A stretch of 64,000 nucleotides of DNA from the human T2T-CHM13v2.0 reference genome, Homo sapiens: NCBI RefSeq assembly GCF_009914755.1, contig NC_060934.1; one strand, given 5' to 3'. Both the position numbers and the translations under genes were made by a program. Below are positions 39,950 through 59,757 of the stretch, piece after piece; the first letter of the stretch is position 1; every line of letters starts with the position of its first letter. Under the pieces are notes generated by a model. The model saw nothing but the letters and a program-made list of their open reading frames with translations. It did no database searches and was not told where the DNA came from.

Positions 39950-41224
39950 CAGTTTTCCTTTTCTTCAGAGTTTATTTTGAATTTTCATTTTTGGATAACC
40001 AAGCAGCTCTTTAAGAAGAATGCACAGAAGAGTCATTCTGGCACTTTTGGATAGTACATAAGATTTTCTTTTTTTTTTTTAAATTTTTTTTAATAGTCAC
40101 ATTCAGCTCGCTTGCTCAAACCAGACTCCCACATTGGGTGAGCAAGATGAGCCCATAGGATTCCAGAGTTAATACGTAACCGTATATACAAACAGCCAAA
40201 AAACCATAATGGTGCCACAGGGATGGAGCAGGGAAGGGCATCTCTAACGTGTCCTCTAGTCTATCTTCGCTAAACAGAACCCACGTTACACATGATAACT
40301 AGAGAGCACACTGTGTTGAAACGAGGATGCTGACCCCAAATGGCACTTGGCAGCATGCAGTTTAAAGCAAAAGAGACATCCTTTAATAACTGTATAAAAT
40401 CCAGGCAGTTCCATTAAAGGGGTTAAGAAAACCAACAACAACAAAAAGCGAGGGACTGTCTGTTGTCACTGTCAAAAAGGCACTTGGAGTTAATGGGACC
40501 AGGATTGGAGGACTCTTAGCTGATACAGATTTCAGTACGATTTCATTAAAAGGCTTGGATGTTAAGAGAGGACACTCAGCGGTTCCTGAAGGGAGACGCT
40601 GAGATGGACCGCTGAGAAGCGGAACAGATGAACACAAAGGAATCAAATCTTTACAACCAAATTGCATTTAAGCGACAACAAAAAAAGGCAAACCCCAAAA
40701 CGCAACCTAACCAAAGCAAAATCTAAGCAAAATCAGACAACGAAGCAGCGATGCATAGCTTTCCTTTGAGAGAACGCATACCTTGAGACGCTACGTGCCA
40801 ACCTAAGTTCTCAACGACAGCTTCACAGTAGGATTATTGTGATAAAAATGACTCAAGCGATGCAAAAAGTTTCATCTGTTCCCAGAATCCGAGGGAGAAC
40901 TGAGGTGATCGTTAGAGCATAGCGACATCACGTGCGGTTTCTTAATGTCCCTGGTGGCGGATACGCCGAGTCCTCGGAAGGACATCTGGACACCACTTTC
41001 AGCCACCTCCTTGCAGGGGCGACATCCGCCAAAGTCATCCTTTATTCCGAGTAATAACTTTAATTCCTTTCTAACATTTACACGGCAAACAGGAATGCAG
41101 TAAACGTCCACGTCCGTCCCACGGCTGGGCTGCCGTTCCGTTTCCTCCACGAACGGGTACGCGCTTCCATGAGAAAGGATATTTGGCAATTTTATATTCC
41201 ACAGTCAGGTGGGTCTGCGATAGC
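39950..41224 (-). other. FAM171A1: FAM171A1 3'UTR (~1.3 kb; cleavage site approximate)
   Basis: Repeat-free sequence between the stop codon and the poly(A) signal, with U-rich tracts on the sense strand. Confidence 0.85.
39971..39976 (-). terminator. Polyadenylation signal AATAAA of FAM171A1
   Basis: Plus-strand tttatt = minus-strand AATAAA, followed by a GU/U-rich downstream stretch (ctgtctttgtggtcattt). Confidence 0.8.
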
Positions 41225-42911
41225 TCATTTAATGTTAAACGCCATCAGGGGCCTCTCCTCCCGTTTCTGCCAGGGGCTTTTCTTGTCTTCTCCTTGGTCA
41301 TCATCATCATCGTCTTCCTCTTCCTCGTGGGCAGATCTTCTCTGGTGGGGGCTGGCTGCTGGCTCCGAGGGGGCATCCGCAGTCCGTCTGGTCGTCTCCT
41401 CCTGCAGGCTGGGCAGCTGGCCACCACTTCTCCGACTCGACCCCTCCAACAAGCATCGCAGGGCACTGTCCTCGGGGGTACAGACCGTGGTCCCACATTC
41501 GCTACCACTCTGTTCCACGTCATCCAGGTACACGAGCTGCGTGTAGGCCGTGCTGTCTGGGGCTCGAGGCTCTTTCTGCTGGTGCTCTTGGACGGGCGGG
41601 TAGTTCTGCTGCAGAGACAAAGCATCTCCCCTTCCCTTCCGGGCTGATTTTGGTTCATTCATATCTACGCCAGAGTCCAAACTGGCATCATTACTTCCGT
41701 TCCTTCCAGCTCTTTGGAGATCAATGTATGAATGTCTAACGTGAGCGTTGGACCTGCCATCCAAGGAGACGAACCACGCCCGGGGGTGCGGAAGCGGCTT
41801 CCCACCCCCAAGCTCCATCAGGGCCTTTTCAGTCAGGAGCTGCACCTCACTGTTCATCTGAGCCAAAGCCGCGTCGTTCAGGGAAGCTGGGATGGAGAGA
41901 GACTCCGACATGGATGCGTTCTGAGGGCTCCACTCCCGGGTGCCCGCATCCTGCAGGTGCTGCTGAGAGATGGCCTGGGAAGACAGGGGCTGGGGCTGGA
42001 TCTGTGAGGACGGGTGTGGGAAGATCCCGGCATGGGGATTGGACAGCTCAGCCTGTAGTCTTTCTATCTCAAGCTGCTGATCAGCCGGGACGACGAGGGG
42101 CTGGCTGACATAGGAGTGGTCCCCGGGGAGTTTCATATAATGAGCCGGGATGACCAAGGCAGGCAGTACTTTCCTGTAAACGCTGTCATTGACCTGGTCG
42201 ACAGAACTGCAGCAGATTAACTGGCCGGGCCGTGGGAAGGACGTAGGTCTCTCGAGGTGATCTACTGATCGCGACATCATACATTCAGTGGGTCTGCGGT
42301 CCAGCAGCTGTTCTTTCTCAGGTGATGAAGGCGCGGGGTACAGATGTTCCTGAATGGTGAGTTTGCTTCCCGTGGAGGCTGGACCTTCTCTGTCCTGCTT
42401 TTCAAATAAAGGCTGTGAGAGCACGGTGTTGTAACTACCCCTGTAGTCATCATTGCCCGAGGACTCGTAGCCTTCTCTTTCCATAGATTTTCTTGCCTTT
42501 AAGGAAAAAACCTCCACTGACTTATGGTAGTCTTTCCCCAGCGTCCCACTTGGAGTGAGGTTATCAAAGGAGATCTGGCTTTTATCCTCTTCCTTGCAAG
42601 AGAGGAGCTCCTCCCGGGAGCTAAATTCCTGGGAGGTGCTGTAGGAGAGCTTGAGCATGGGGGTGTGCAGGTCCCCTTCGCCGCCCGGAGACATCATTTC
42701 CAAATGGACTCCACTCATCAGTTCCTTCGTGCCGGGGGCCTCGGGGCGGCCGTGGCTGGTGACGGACAGCGGGCCAGGGAATTCTGACGCTCGGCGTGAA
42801 AACAGCAAGTTAATGTGTGACATGGACGTGGACTGGTCTCTTTTGGAACTCTCCAGTCCTGCAGGGAGCTGCAGTTTTCTGTGGTGCTGACGAGGTTTCA
42901 AGCACTTCCTC
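41225..42911 (-). CDS. FAM171A1: FAM171A1 terminal coding exon (cytoplasmic tail, 561 full codons plus stop; RKCLKPRQHH...REERPLMAFNIK*)
   Basis: The 571-aa ORF matches the FAM171A1 C-terminus as I recall it. Acceptor ...ctttgggcgcAG|GAGGAAGTGC lies at 42912/42911. Phase 2 matches the upstream exon (AG|G = Arg). Stop TGA at 41225-41227. Confidence 0.97.
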
Positions 42912-43067
42912 CTGCGCCCAAAGACACAATCCAAAGCCAAAGATTAGTGATTCTCACAATGAAAAAGTTTCAAGTTTCAGGTAAAATCCTAATTCTCAAT
43001 TTCCATGGGGAGAGACAAAACAAAACAAGTCAGGAGCAGCCAAAAGCCTTCTCACCCCACGCCCTGT

Positions 43068-43975
<908 letters not shown>

Positions 43976-44304
43976 CAAATAAGAAGAGTTCTGCTTTGCC
44001 CTTCAGAGTATCATCTCTTAATCAGCGTTCAGGAATACTCTGAATAAATCAGATGACTATCGTTAAACTCTTTTTCATAACTCCCCTTCTAAGCAATGTT
44101 ATCCACGCAGCATGCTTTACACATACTATTTGTTAAGTTGCAACTTAGATCACAAATGTGAGTTCTTACTTTTTCATGGGAAGAAAAAGTACTTCAATTT
44201 AGAAAAATTAAAAAAAAAACCCACCTCCATATTAATGCTTCTAAGTATCAATTGCCCAAGAAACTGTGAATTAAAAAAGATATTGCCAAAATGGTAACAC
44301 TTTA

Positions 44305-44442
<138 letters not shown>

Positions 44443-44744
44443 TTAGAGTTTTGAACACCTTTAACTCAAAAGAGGGATCATTCATTGAGAACGCAGTGTC
44501 TTGTGCTTACTCTTCTTAGCTGGGGCATAGAGCAGTGGCCAGAGGAAAACGCCCTTGGATCATGCACTTGGGGTACCACCAGCATTGCATTAGTGATTAG
44601 CATGACTATTATGGAAGCTCCCACAGCCAGGAGAACTTTGAATACTCAAAGACAAGATGTGGTTACGTCAAGGGCCCCTCCTAAGCGGAGAAGTGCGCCT
44701 CACTTGGTAGCATGTGCCGCATTTGAAATACATGATCTTTTTAA

Positions 44745-48187
<3,443 letters not shown>

Positions 48188-49252
48188 TAAGGGAAACACA
48201 TTACTCTTAAAACAGATGTGAAGTGTAAATTTTCTTAGTATGGTGATATAAAGTCATTGTAACACATTTTTCCACACCTGTTTAGGAAAGACCTCCATCA
48301 AATCAGTTACTTTGTGAGTCTAAGTGCTAATTCCAGTGATAATTCCATTGCTAAAATATTTGAACTTGCATTTTAGAACTGCCTTCATGGTTCATTTACA
48401 AGAGACACCTTTTAATCACAGCACATTTCGACCTAGCTAAGTCACCTACTTTATTCACCAGTCTTGAATGTGCATGACTTTTAGATGTCTTTAAAAAGAA
48501 AAATCATAAAGATTTGCCATTTGAGCATAAAGATTTGCCACCAAGAAAGAGATTTACTAATGAAGGCAGAAGGCAGTCCAAGTAATATAGATTCTAAAGG
48601 CAGCTTGAGCAACAGAAGCTATCACTGGAAATAATTCTCCTGAGATGACCATTTTGAAAACAAAACAAAACAAAACAAAACTCAACAATTCTAGAATATT
48701 TTTGGGGGTAACATAGGTTAAAAAAAATAAACTATTGGTCACGTTCTGAAAGATATGCATTAATGCACATATCCTAAATGGAGGGGAAGATTCTCGTAGA
48801 TACAAAGCAACTGGTTTGCGTTTAAGCCATTTTGGAAATGCCCCACCAGGCTTTTTGCCCCCAGTGGTGACTTCCCACTAGCATCTCTGTGGAGTGCTTT
48901 TCCCTACATGTGTGCCTATACCAGGCCACAGCTGTTTCAGGAATTAGGGAGGAGGTCTTGCTGGTCTCTGTGGGCTTTTGATGAAGAATTCCCTATGGCA
49001 GCTGTCTGAACAAAACAGCCACTCAAGACTATTTTCTATGCATTATTCTTACCCTAGATGGAAGATTTCCAACCAGAAGTCCCCCACCCCCGCGAAATAC
49101 CTTCTTTACATCATCTCATTTTCAGACTTTTAACCATTTTTGAATAAGATGTGATCGCCCTGCTGAAGTTATTTTCAAGAGCATACTTAGCCTGAACCCT
49201 CAAAGACCAAAGCAACTGATCCGCATCATCGCAAGTGTTGGCTCCGTGTTAC

Positions 49253-49369
49253 CTGGGATGGGAGGGGACATGGCGGCCACCCAGTACCCCAACTGGGGGG
49301 CAATGTATGTCCACGTCAGCTGGCTGCCTTCCTGGTGCACAAGACCCAGACCGCTCTTCAGCCACGTTC
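49253..49369 (-). CDS. FAM171A1: FAM171A1 internal exon (117 nt), extracellular juxtamembrane: (G)[38 protein letters not shown](G)
   Basis: Translated by hand. Acceptor ccacAG|GA, donor CAG|GTaaca. Phase 1-1. Contains the FAM171-type motif [10 protein letters not shown]. Confidence 0.95.
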
Positions 49370-50566
49370 CTGTGGAATTGAGAAAGAGATGTTAGCTACA
49401 AGCACACCATGCTCCTTTGTAAGGCTTGAGCATATTGTAAAAGTCATCTTAAATATCTTAAATGTCATGTTTATGACCTATAAGATAACCAAGATGGCCA
49501 AAGTGTCATCTAGGGACCCCAGGCAGCTTTCTGGAGAAATTCTTTTCAATTTCCTTTCAGGGAAAGATAAGCAACTTTAGTGTTCCTTTGCCTTCTCAAT
49601 TAAATTACTTTCAGCCACTTTATCAAACACCCCTCCTTCCAAACACAGATGATTTTAGCAGAAGCCTTTGGAACTCAGAAGCAGAATACAGGCAGCATGA
49701 TGGGGGCTGGTGGGAGTGAAAAGAGAGGGGGAAATCCGGCTCTATTCAAGCTCTTTGTCCTTGAGCAAATTTTCTATCCAGAGCTGCAGACTGGCTATAT
49801 CAGAATTACCTAGGGGTGTTTTGAAAAAATAGATCCCTTCATCCCATCTTTGCAAACTCTCATCCAGTAACCCTGGCTTCAGTGAGCATTTTTAAAAGCT
49901 TCCAGTTTGTTCCAATGCTGGGAAACACCAAATACATCAAGGTCCCTGCTGTATCTTCCAGTTATTACTTTAGCTAGCATTTGAAAGTAACAAGCACCTG
50001 CTATGCACTAGCTATTCACAGCATACGTGTCTTATAATACACCATCTATAATTCTCACCACAACAATGAAGACTGGGGAGTTACAAAACTTTTCCAAGGC
50101 CTCTCGGTGGCTGAGAGCAGAGTGGGAATAGAACCTGGGGCTGCCTGACCTCAAGGCTGTGCTATTTCTTCTGCTCTGCCAGGCTGCATTTCCTAGAAAC
50201 CTTCCCAGCATTTGATTGCATTTTTACTTTGTGAAGTTTCTAGGAGCAAACTCATTGAAGAGGATGAACTTGCCCAAGGTTGTTGGGCTATTTCCCAGCC
50301 AAAAATGGATGCCTTTTCCTGGGCTCACCTGCAGAGAGCCTTGCTCTGAGGCCTGCGATGGCAGCTGTGGGCAGAAGGCCAGGGAGAGGCTGGGCGAACC
50401 TCTAGACAGCCCGCGCACCCACTCCGACCTATCAGCATGGAGATGTCCCGGCATACACAGGCCTCCTGTGCAGCTCACCTCTCTCCTATAATCATCCTCA
50501 CCTGAAATGGCTACGTGGGCGACCCTGTGGCTCTAAGGCCTAAATAGACCAGCTGTGCACCAAATG

Positions 50567-50891
50567 CAGGCATGCATCATTTAACAGGGATACATTCTGA
50601 AAATGCATTGTTCATCGCTGTGCAAACATCATAGAGCGTCCTTATGCAAACCTAGATGGTACTGCCTCCTACACACCTGGGCCACACGGTCTAACCCATT
50701 GCTCCTAGGCTACAAACCCGTACATCGTGTGACTGCGCTGAATACCATAGGCCACCGTCACACAATGGGAAGTATCTGTGTATCTAAACATAGAGAAGGT
50801 ACAGTAAAAATACAGAATTATAGTCTTATGGGATCATCATTGTACATGTAGTTCATCGTTGACCCAATCATCATCCTGTGACTCATGCCTG
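50567..50891 (+). mobile_element. Tigger3a/MER7-like non-autonomous DNA transposon
   Basis: Terminal inverted repeats caggcatg...catgcctg; internal text gcaaacatcatagag, aaacatagagaaggtacagtaaaaatac. Confidence 0.82.
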
Positions 50892-51308
50892 TATTCTACC
50901 CAAATGCTTGCCTTGCTTAGCTACACGCCTCATGCAGAGGTGGTGGTAATGGATTTTTATTCCCCCTGAAGAAAGAAACAACACTTGGGTTGCTTCGCGG
51001 CCTTATCAGTTGCCATAGCAACATTCAAATGCAGTGGGTGGAAAGATGCCCTTGGTGATGCCTCCCCTGGCAGCCGCTCCTCTGCTCACATGGCAGCGGC
51101 ACACAGTGGGCACGTGGGACAAGTCGGGCACCAGCGAGGGCTCGGCATCTCCCCCTTCCCACGCCACAGGCTGGATCACTGCACCAAAGGGTTTGGGCTC
51201 CAGAAAGAGCAGACTGTAAGCAAGGTTTTGCAAATGGGTATGAGGGCAGGGATGCCCGGTTCTGGTCCATTTCCTGAAGCGCACCCTCCTAGAAATCACC
51301 CTGTTCTA

Positions 51309-52243
<935 letters not shown>

Positions 52244-52789
52244 CTCCACATTACATTTGGGACAAGCCGAGTGGGTGACCACATATACAGACCCCACCAG
52301 ACTAATGAGTCCCCAAGTTCACTCTGGAGGGCCTGCAGTCCAGCAGTGGTGCTGGTGGAGGCCAGAAAGTCCATTGGCTGAAGAAGACATAGCTGCTTGG
52401 AGGGTCAGCTAGGAAACACCCACCTGGGGTGGGTGTAGAAGGATTGGGATGAGTTTAGTTTTGATGAACAGGCAGGGGTTGTCAGTGATGGGGAGAGATG
52501 GGGCAGGGCGGGAGCCAGGAGAAAGAGAAGGAGGACATTCTACCCAGGGATCAGTGTGTACAAAGGCCTGGTGTGGTGGGCCTGGATGACATGTGAAGAT
52601 GGAAGTGGGGATGGGAGCACAGAGGCCCCGGGTGAACAGGACGGAGCAGCTGTGCCCGGGCTGGAAAGGAGTTAGGCATCCTTCTGGGACGATCTTCACA
52701 CCCCATTTGCTGCAGGAGGACATGGGGGACCTGGAAACGGAGGCACACATGGTTGGAGCTTCTCCCACTTCCTTCCTCTCTTCTACCCC

Positions 52790-53148
52790 TGATAGGGTTT
52801 GGCTATGTCCCCACCCAGATCTCATCTTGAATTGTAGCTCCCACAATTCCTGTGTGTTGTGGGAGGCACCTGGTGGGAGATAACTGAATCATGGCGGCAG
52901 GTCTTTCCTGTGCTGTTCTTGTGATAGTGAATAAGTCTCAGGAGATCTAATGGTTTTATAAGGGGGAGTTTCCCTTTACAAGTTTTCTCTCTTGCCTGCC
53001 ACCATGTAAGATGTGCCTTTTGCCTTCTGCCATGATTGTGAGGCCTCCCCAGCCATGTGGAACTGTGAGTCTATTAAACCTCTTTTTCTTTATAAATTTC
53101 CCAGTCTCAGGTATGTCTTTATCAGCAGTGTGAAAACAGACTAATACA
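52790..53148 (+). mobile_element. THE1 solo LTR
   Basis: tgatagggtttggctatgtcccc ... tgaaaacagactaataca. Confidence 0.9.
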
Positions 53149-55252
53149 GTCCCCAACCCCCTCTTTAGTTCCTGCCAGGCAGTCTTCACAATGCACACCT
53201 CTACCCATTCTGTGACTTTGCCTGCAAATGTAGCTCCAACCTCATATAGTTTTTCTCTCTTCCAAAAATCTACCCAGTCTTTCAAGATTCAAATCAAGCC
53301 CAGTGTTTTTCCAGAGGCCTTTCTAGGACACATGGGTCTTCCGTGTCTTGGCACATCCTGGGCAAGTGTTACTGCATCATCCATTTGCCAAAAACACACG
53401 TTGCCTTCCGTGGCTAGCCTGTGGCCCTCAGTCTTATCTCCTTTCTTAGATCGTAAACTCCATGGGTGTGGCCTGTGTCTTGCGTTCCTTTTGTTTTCTT
53501 CTCAGCACCTAGAGATATGCATAGAGTAGGAACTCCAGAGACCTTCAGAATGAGTGGAAGCTACAGGTGCAATCAAAAAATAATATCTGGTAACCTGTGA
53601 AAGGCTGGGTGCAGTAGGCAGGGAAGGATATCCCCATGGCAGTCTGATCATGCCTGGGATGCTGCCCTTTCAAACTAAAGGGAACAGAACCAGCTGGGGA
53701 AGAGCCTACTATGGCTAAAGTGTGACACTCTTTGGGGATTCAACAATCATGCTGTTACTGGCAAAAGCATTTCATGCTTTCCGTGTTTTGTGGGAGGAAA
53801 TAAGCTCCAGGGAGTATGGGAATTAGCAAATTGTGTACTAGAAACACATGCTTCTCATGGCGGAATCCTGATGCCACTGTGGGATGCAGACAGTTTCACC
53901 ACCGGAGCAGCGGGCACCAGGGCCAGGATTCTTTACTGGTGGTACCGGATGGCAGAGCACACAGGCCTCTGCAAAGTCTCTTCTGCTGAATATGGGACCG
54001 CTGGGTGTTGCAACCAGGAAGGGCGCCCTTTCATCATGCGGTGAGAGCCTCGGGCACTGCTGAGACAGAGCAAGGGAGGAACCAGGTTGTTCCTGCTGCA
54101 CGAACCAAAGAAAGCTCCACTGCAAGGCCTCTCAAGTCGGCCCACCTGCCCCTAAGCATGGAGGCCTTGGGATGCTCCTGGGTGAGGACATCTGCCCAGA
54201 GGGCTCTCCTTCTTAAGCCTGTCTCCTTGGGGTCTGACAGACAACAGTCCCTAATGTGACAGCAGCCCAGCTGGGCTACCTGCTCAAGCCCCCTTCACCC
54301 TGAGCTTCTCTTTCTGCCCTTCCCAGCCTCTTCCAGGGGCTTACCACTGCCTCTTAGTGTCCTCTGCACAAGCAAGCAGCTGAGGTGGCCGCTGGGACTT
54401 GCAGACTCAAGGCAAGGTCATGTGGTGAAGGCAAGCAGGACCCTACAGCCTCCTCCTGCCTCACCCCAGAAACCCAGGCTTCTTCCTGCAGAAGCCGCAC
54501 CACTGCAGCTGCGCCAACCTGGTCGTGCAGCCGGCATTTTAGGAGGTGGCTGGACAATGACATGTGCCTCTCTGTTCCAATCAACGCCTATGGCTGGGCC
54601 TGTTACCGGGACTGCATGTGTGTGAAGGTTACGGGGTGATCTCTCTGGCATCATCAAGGGATGAAATTCTGCGTTACTGAAATTTCTACATCATTGATTG
54701 TTACATAGTTTTTAAAGCATTTGAACCCCCTCTTTAATGGATTCTTAGGCAGAAACTAATACATGAAACAGATAAAAGGTAAGCTTCCCTGCATGAGGGC
54801 AAAGAGACGTCCCCCCAATCCCCACCACAGCCATCCCCAGGACACCTCCTGAACCATCTGGGAGCTACTCTTCTACGTAACCTGACTCTTTGCCAAAACT
54901 TGAAAAGGCCATTTATAAAAATTCTAAAAAGCATCATTTCCTCCTGCTCTGTGAATGTGAATACAATTTTGACTTTTCTTCATCCCTCAGGGTCATAATT
55001 ATGATCAACTACAATGCTAGGTTCTGACATATGAATGTCCTTAAGAATACAGAGGTGGGGATTATAAGTTGTTTGCTCTTGCGCTGAATACTCCCCCCTA
55101 CCCTCATGTTTATTTCCCTTTTCTTTCTTCCTTATAACTTGTTATCAGTGTTCTGTTATCAACTCTGCTCCCCCACCACAACCACCCCCCAGCTTCCCAC
55201 CTGGAGCTGTATGCTATTGGGAAACACACAACCTTATTACAGTTCTGTCTGA

Positions 55253-56955
<1,703 letters not shown>

Positions 56956-57714
56956 CAAGTGACTGTTACTATGCTGAGATTTGTTAGCATGTCAGACCTC
57001 AGAACACTGGGCAGATAAACACCCAGCAGCATAAAGGGTCAATGGACCATACAGATGACTTCCCTGGATTGACATGATCCTAAATGTGATACCCAAGTCT
57101 GCCACTTCCTAGTCGTGTGCGCTGAGGACATGCTGAGGATGACACAGAAGAGGAGCTGAACGTCCCTGTGACATCACTGAACCACTGGTGCAATCCTAGA
57201 GCCACCTGCCTCATGTTTCTTTGTCACGTAAACACTAAATGGCCTCGTCATTTAAGCGCTTGTAGCTGGGTACTTTACTTCTTGCAGCTAATGTATTCTA
57301 ATAGATGTATTTTTCCAGAAAGAGGCTGCGGTGAATTCTACTAGGTCTATAAGCTGGGACTCGGAAAGAAATGCCACAGCCACTCAGAAATCCCATTGCC
57401 AAAAGTTCTATCAATGAAGACGTGATTGTCCACACTGTGAAACATAGCCATTTCTACTCCTACAGCTACATTCGCACTGTGAGAGATTTGGGAACATTTA
57501 GGGTGGGGGGCAAGGTCACTTGTGCTGGTGCAGGCATGGCCTTGGATTGGGGAACCTGCTGTTGTTTCATTTTTCAGCTGTGGGCTCTGCCTAATCACTA
57601 GCTTTCTTGGGCTGTCATGGCTCTGGATGAATAATTAGCATGGAGTGAGCACTAGCTCGTTTGAGGAATAATCTTCTTAAGAGGTATGCACCTCTCAGAT
57701 CCATGGCAAACACT

Positions 57715-58115
57715 CATCATCATCATCATCGTCATCACCACCATCATCACCATCGTCACCACCATCATTGTCACCATCATCACCATTGTCACCCCATCAC
57801 CATAATCACCAACACCATCATCACCATTGTCACCCCCCCACCATCATCACCATCATCACCATTGTCACCCCCATCACCATCACCAACGTCATCATCATCA
57901 CCATCATCACCATCACCATCATCACCATTGTCACCCCCATCACCATCATCACCATCACCATCATCACCATTGTCACCCCCATCACCATCATCACCATCAC
58001 CACCATCACCATCATCATCATCACCACCATCACCATCATCACCATCACCCCCATCACCATCATCACCATCACCACCATCACCAACATCATCATCACCATC
58101 ACCATCATCACCATC
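57715..58115. repeat. ~400-bp compound (CAT/CAC)n trinucleotide repeat with higher-order units
   Basis: Seen directly; the motif caccattgtcacccc recurs five times. Confidence 0.95.
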
Positions 58116-59757
58116 AGGCGTTTCCAGATCCCTGAATATGCTAGATTTCTCTAGAAAACAGATGACTTGCTTCCTAGAGCTTTCATCTGCATTAAGCAAT
58201 AATCTCCATAAGTTCCTACCAACTGTATATATAGAATTATCAATACTTAAGTCTATGTTATTGTATACTTTAACAAAATCAGCATAGAATCACATTAAAA
58301 TCAAATAAAAAGCCATCAGCCCTTAAACCACATTCTTCAGTATGGCAGAAACAGTGACAATTTCTACATTTATGACACTGTGGGATAGTCCTCTTTTTTT
58401 CCAAATTAAAGTCTACGGCTTTGAGTAGCTAGGTTTCCTTCTTTGGAATTGTTTTTCCATGAAATATGTCAGAAGTAAACATTCCTTGTTAATTATATAG
58501 CAAAGTATTTGCCCGGTGGTCAATTATCTAATCATTCTTGTTGAAAGCAATCAAACTGAAGAGCAAAAGTTATGTGCAGATGGTTGGATTCTCATAGCTG
58601 TAGGCAAGTACATTTCAGGACTGGTTTAAACAAGAATAAAATTAAGGGCAACTCATTGTAACCAACGACCTTCTGTTTGAAGCATGAAATCATGAATGTG
58701 TTGAATATTAGAAATTAACACGATGACTGTATTCAGCTGCAACACATTCCCTGGGTATTTTTAGGGTAGTTTTTGAGAAAGATTCTTAAATTTAAGCAAC
58801 TGATTTTTTTTTCTTTAAGCTTTAGCTGAGCTATCGTAAGACTTACTGAAACAAGTTTTAGGAAAGAAGCAGTTATGGGAAACCACAAAATACTGGCAGA
58901 CTTATAGAAACTTTATTCCTTAAATAGATAGCTAGAGGTATTAGGATACATAATAGCATTAATAAAATTTAATGAGAGACTTCTGAATTTACAATAGATA
59001 TATATACATTTCCTGAAAGTAGGTCAGAATACAAGCTAATTAGCCCCATCTGGAGAGAAATTTTGTTCATTACCCACTGAGGCCAATACCCATCTTGCAA
59101 TTACATGTCAGAAGGGACTGGGTGGGGAGCACACAAGGATTGTGGGTGGCACAGCCATTAGTCCCCTGCATTGGAAAAATCCTCAGGATGAAAGACAGCA
59201 TAACAGATAATTTGCAGAGAATAACTGAGCGTTCTCATAACAGAGAAATTACAAATCTGGAGACATGTGGTAGGATGCTTGCTAAAGAGCTTGTTGACAC
59301 AGAGATCTTGCTAAGTGCAGGTTCTGATCCAGAGGTCTGGAGGAAAGCCTGAGAAGGCAATTCTTATTTTATTTTTTTTTTTGAGGCAGGTTCTCTCTCT
59401 ATCACCCAGGCTGGAGTGCAGTGGTGCAATCACAGCTCACTGCAGCTTCGACCTCCTGGCTCAAGTGATCTTCCCACCTCAGCCTCCCGAGTAGCTAGGA
59501 CCACAGACACATGCCACCATGCCTGGCTAAATTTTTATTTTTTATAGAGATGGGGTCTTGCTATGTTACCTGAGCAGGTCTCAAACTCTTGAGTTCTAGT
59601 GATCTTCTCCCCTTGCCTTCTCAAAATGCTGGGACTACAGGTGTGAGCCACCGTGCACAGCCCTGAGAACGCGGTTCTAACGAGCTCCGGGTGATGCAGG
59701 TGCCGTTCATCAGCAGATCTCACTCCGAGTAGCAACGCCTCTCTAAATTATTTGCCC

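Noticed and set aside
41169-42890. Antisense and alternative-frame ORFs overlapping the FAM171A1 last exon
   Set aside because: Expected shadows of a GC-rich coding exon; no independent evidence.
42912-42940. N-terminal MALDCVFGR of the 571-aa ORF
   Set aside because: Intronic sequence upstream of the AG acceptor at 42912-42913; the start call is an artefact of the ORF track.
48505-48540. Direct repeat cataaagatttgcca x2 (21-bp period)
   Set aside because: Ordinary short tandem duplication in an intron, far from splice sites.
57661-58287. 208-aa His/Pro/Ser-rich ORF and overlapping poly-His and Gly/Asp ORFs
   Set aside because: Frames are open only because CAT/CAC triplets contain no stop codons. 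There is no promoter, splice or domain support.
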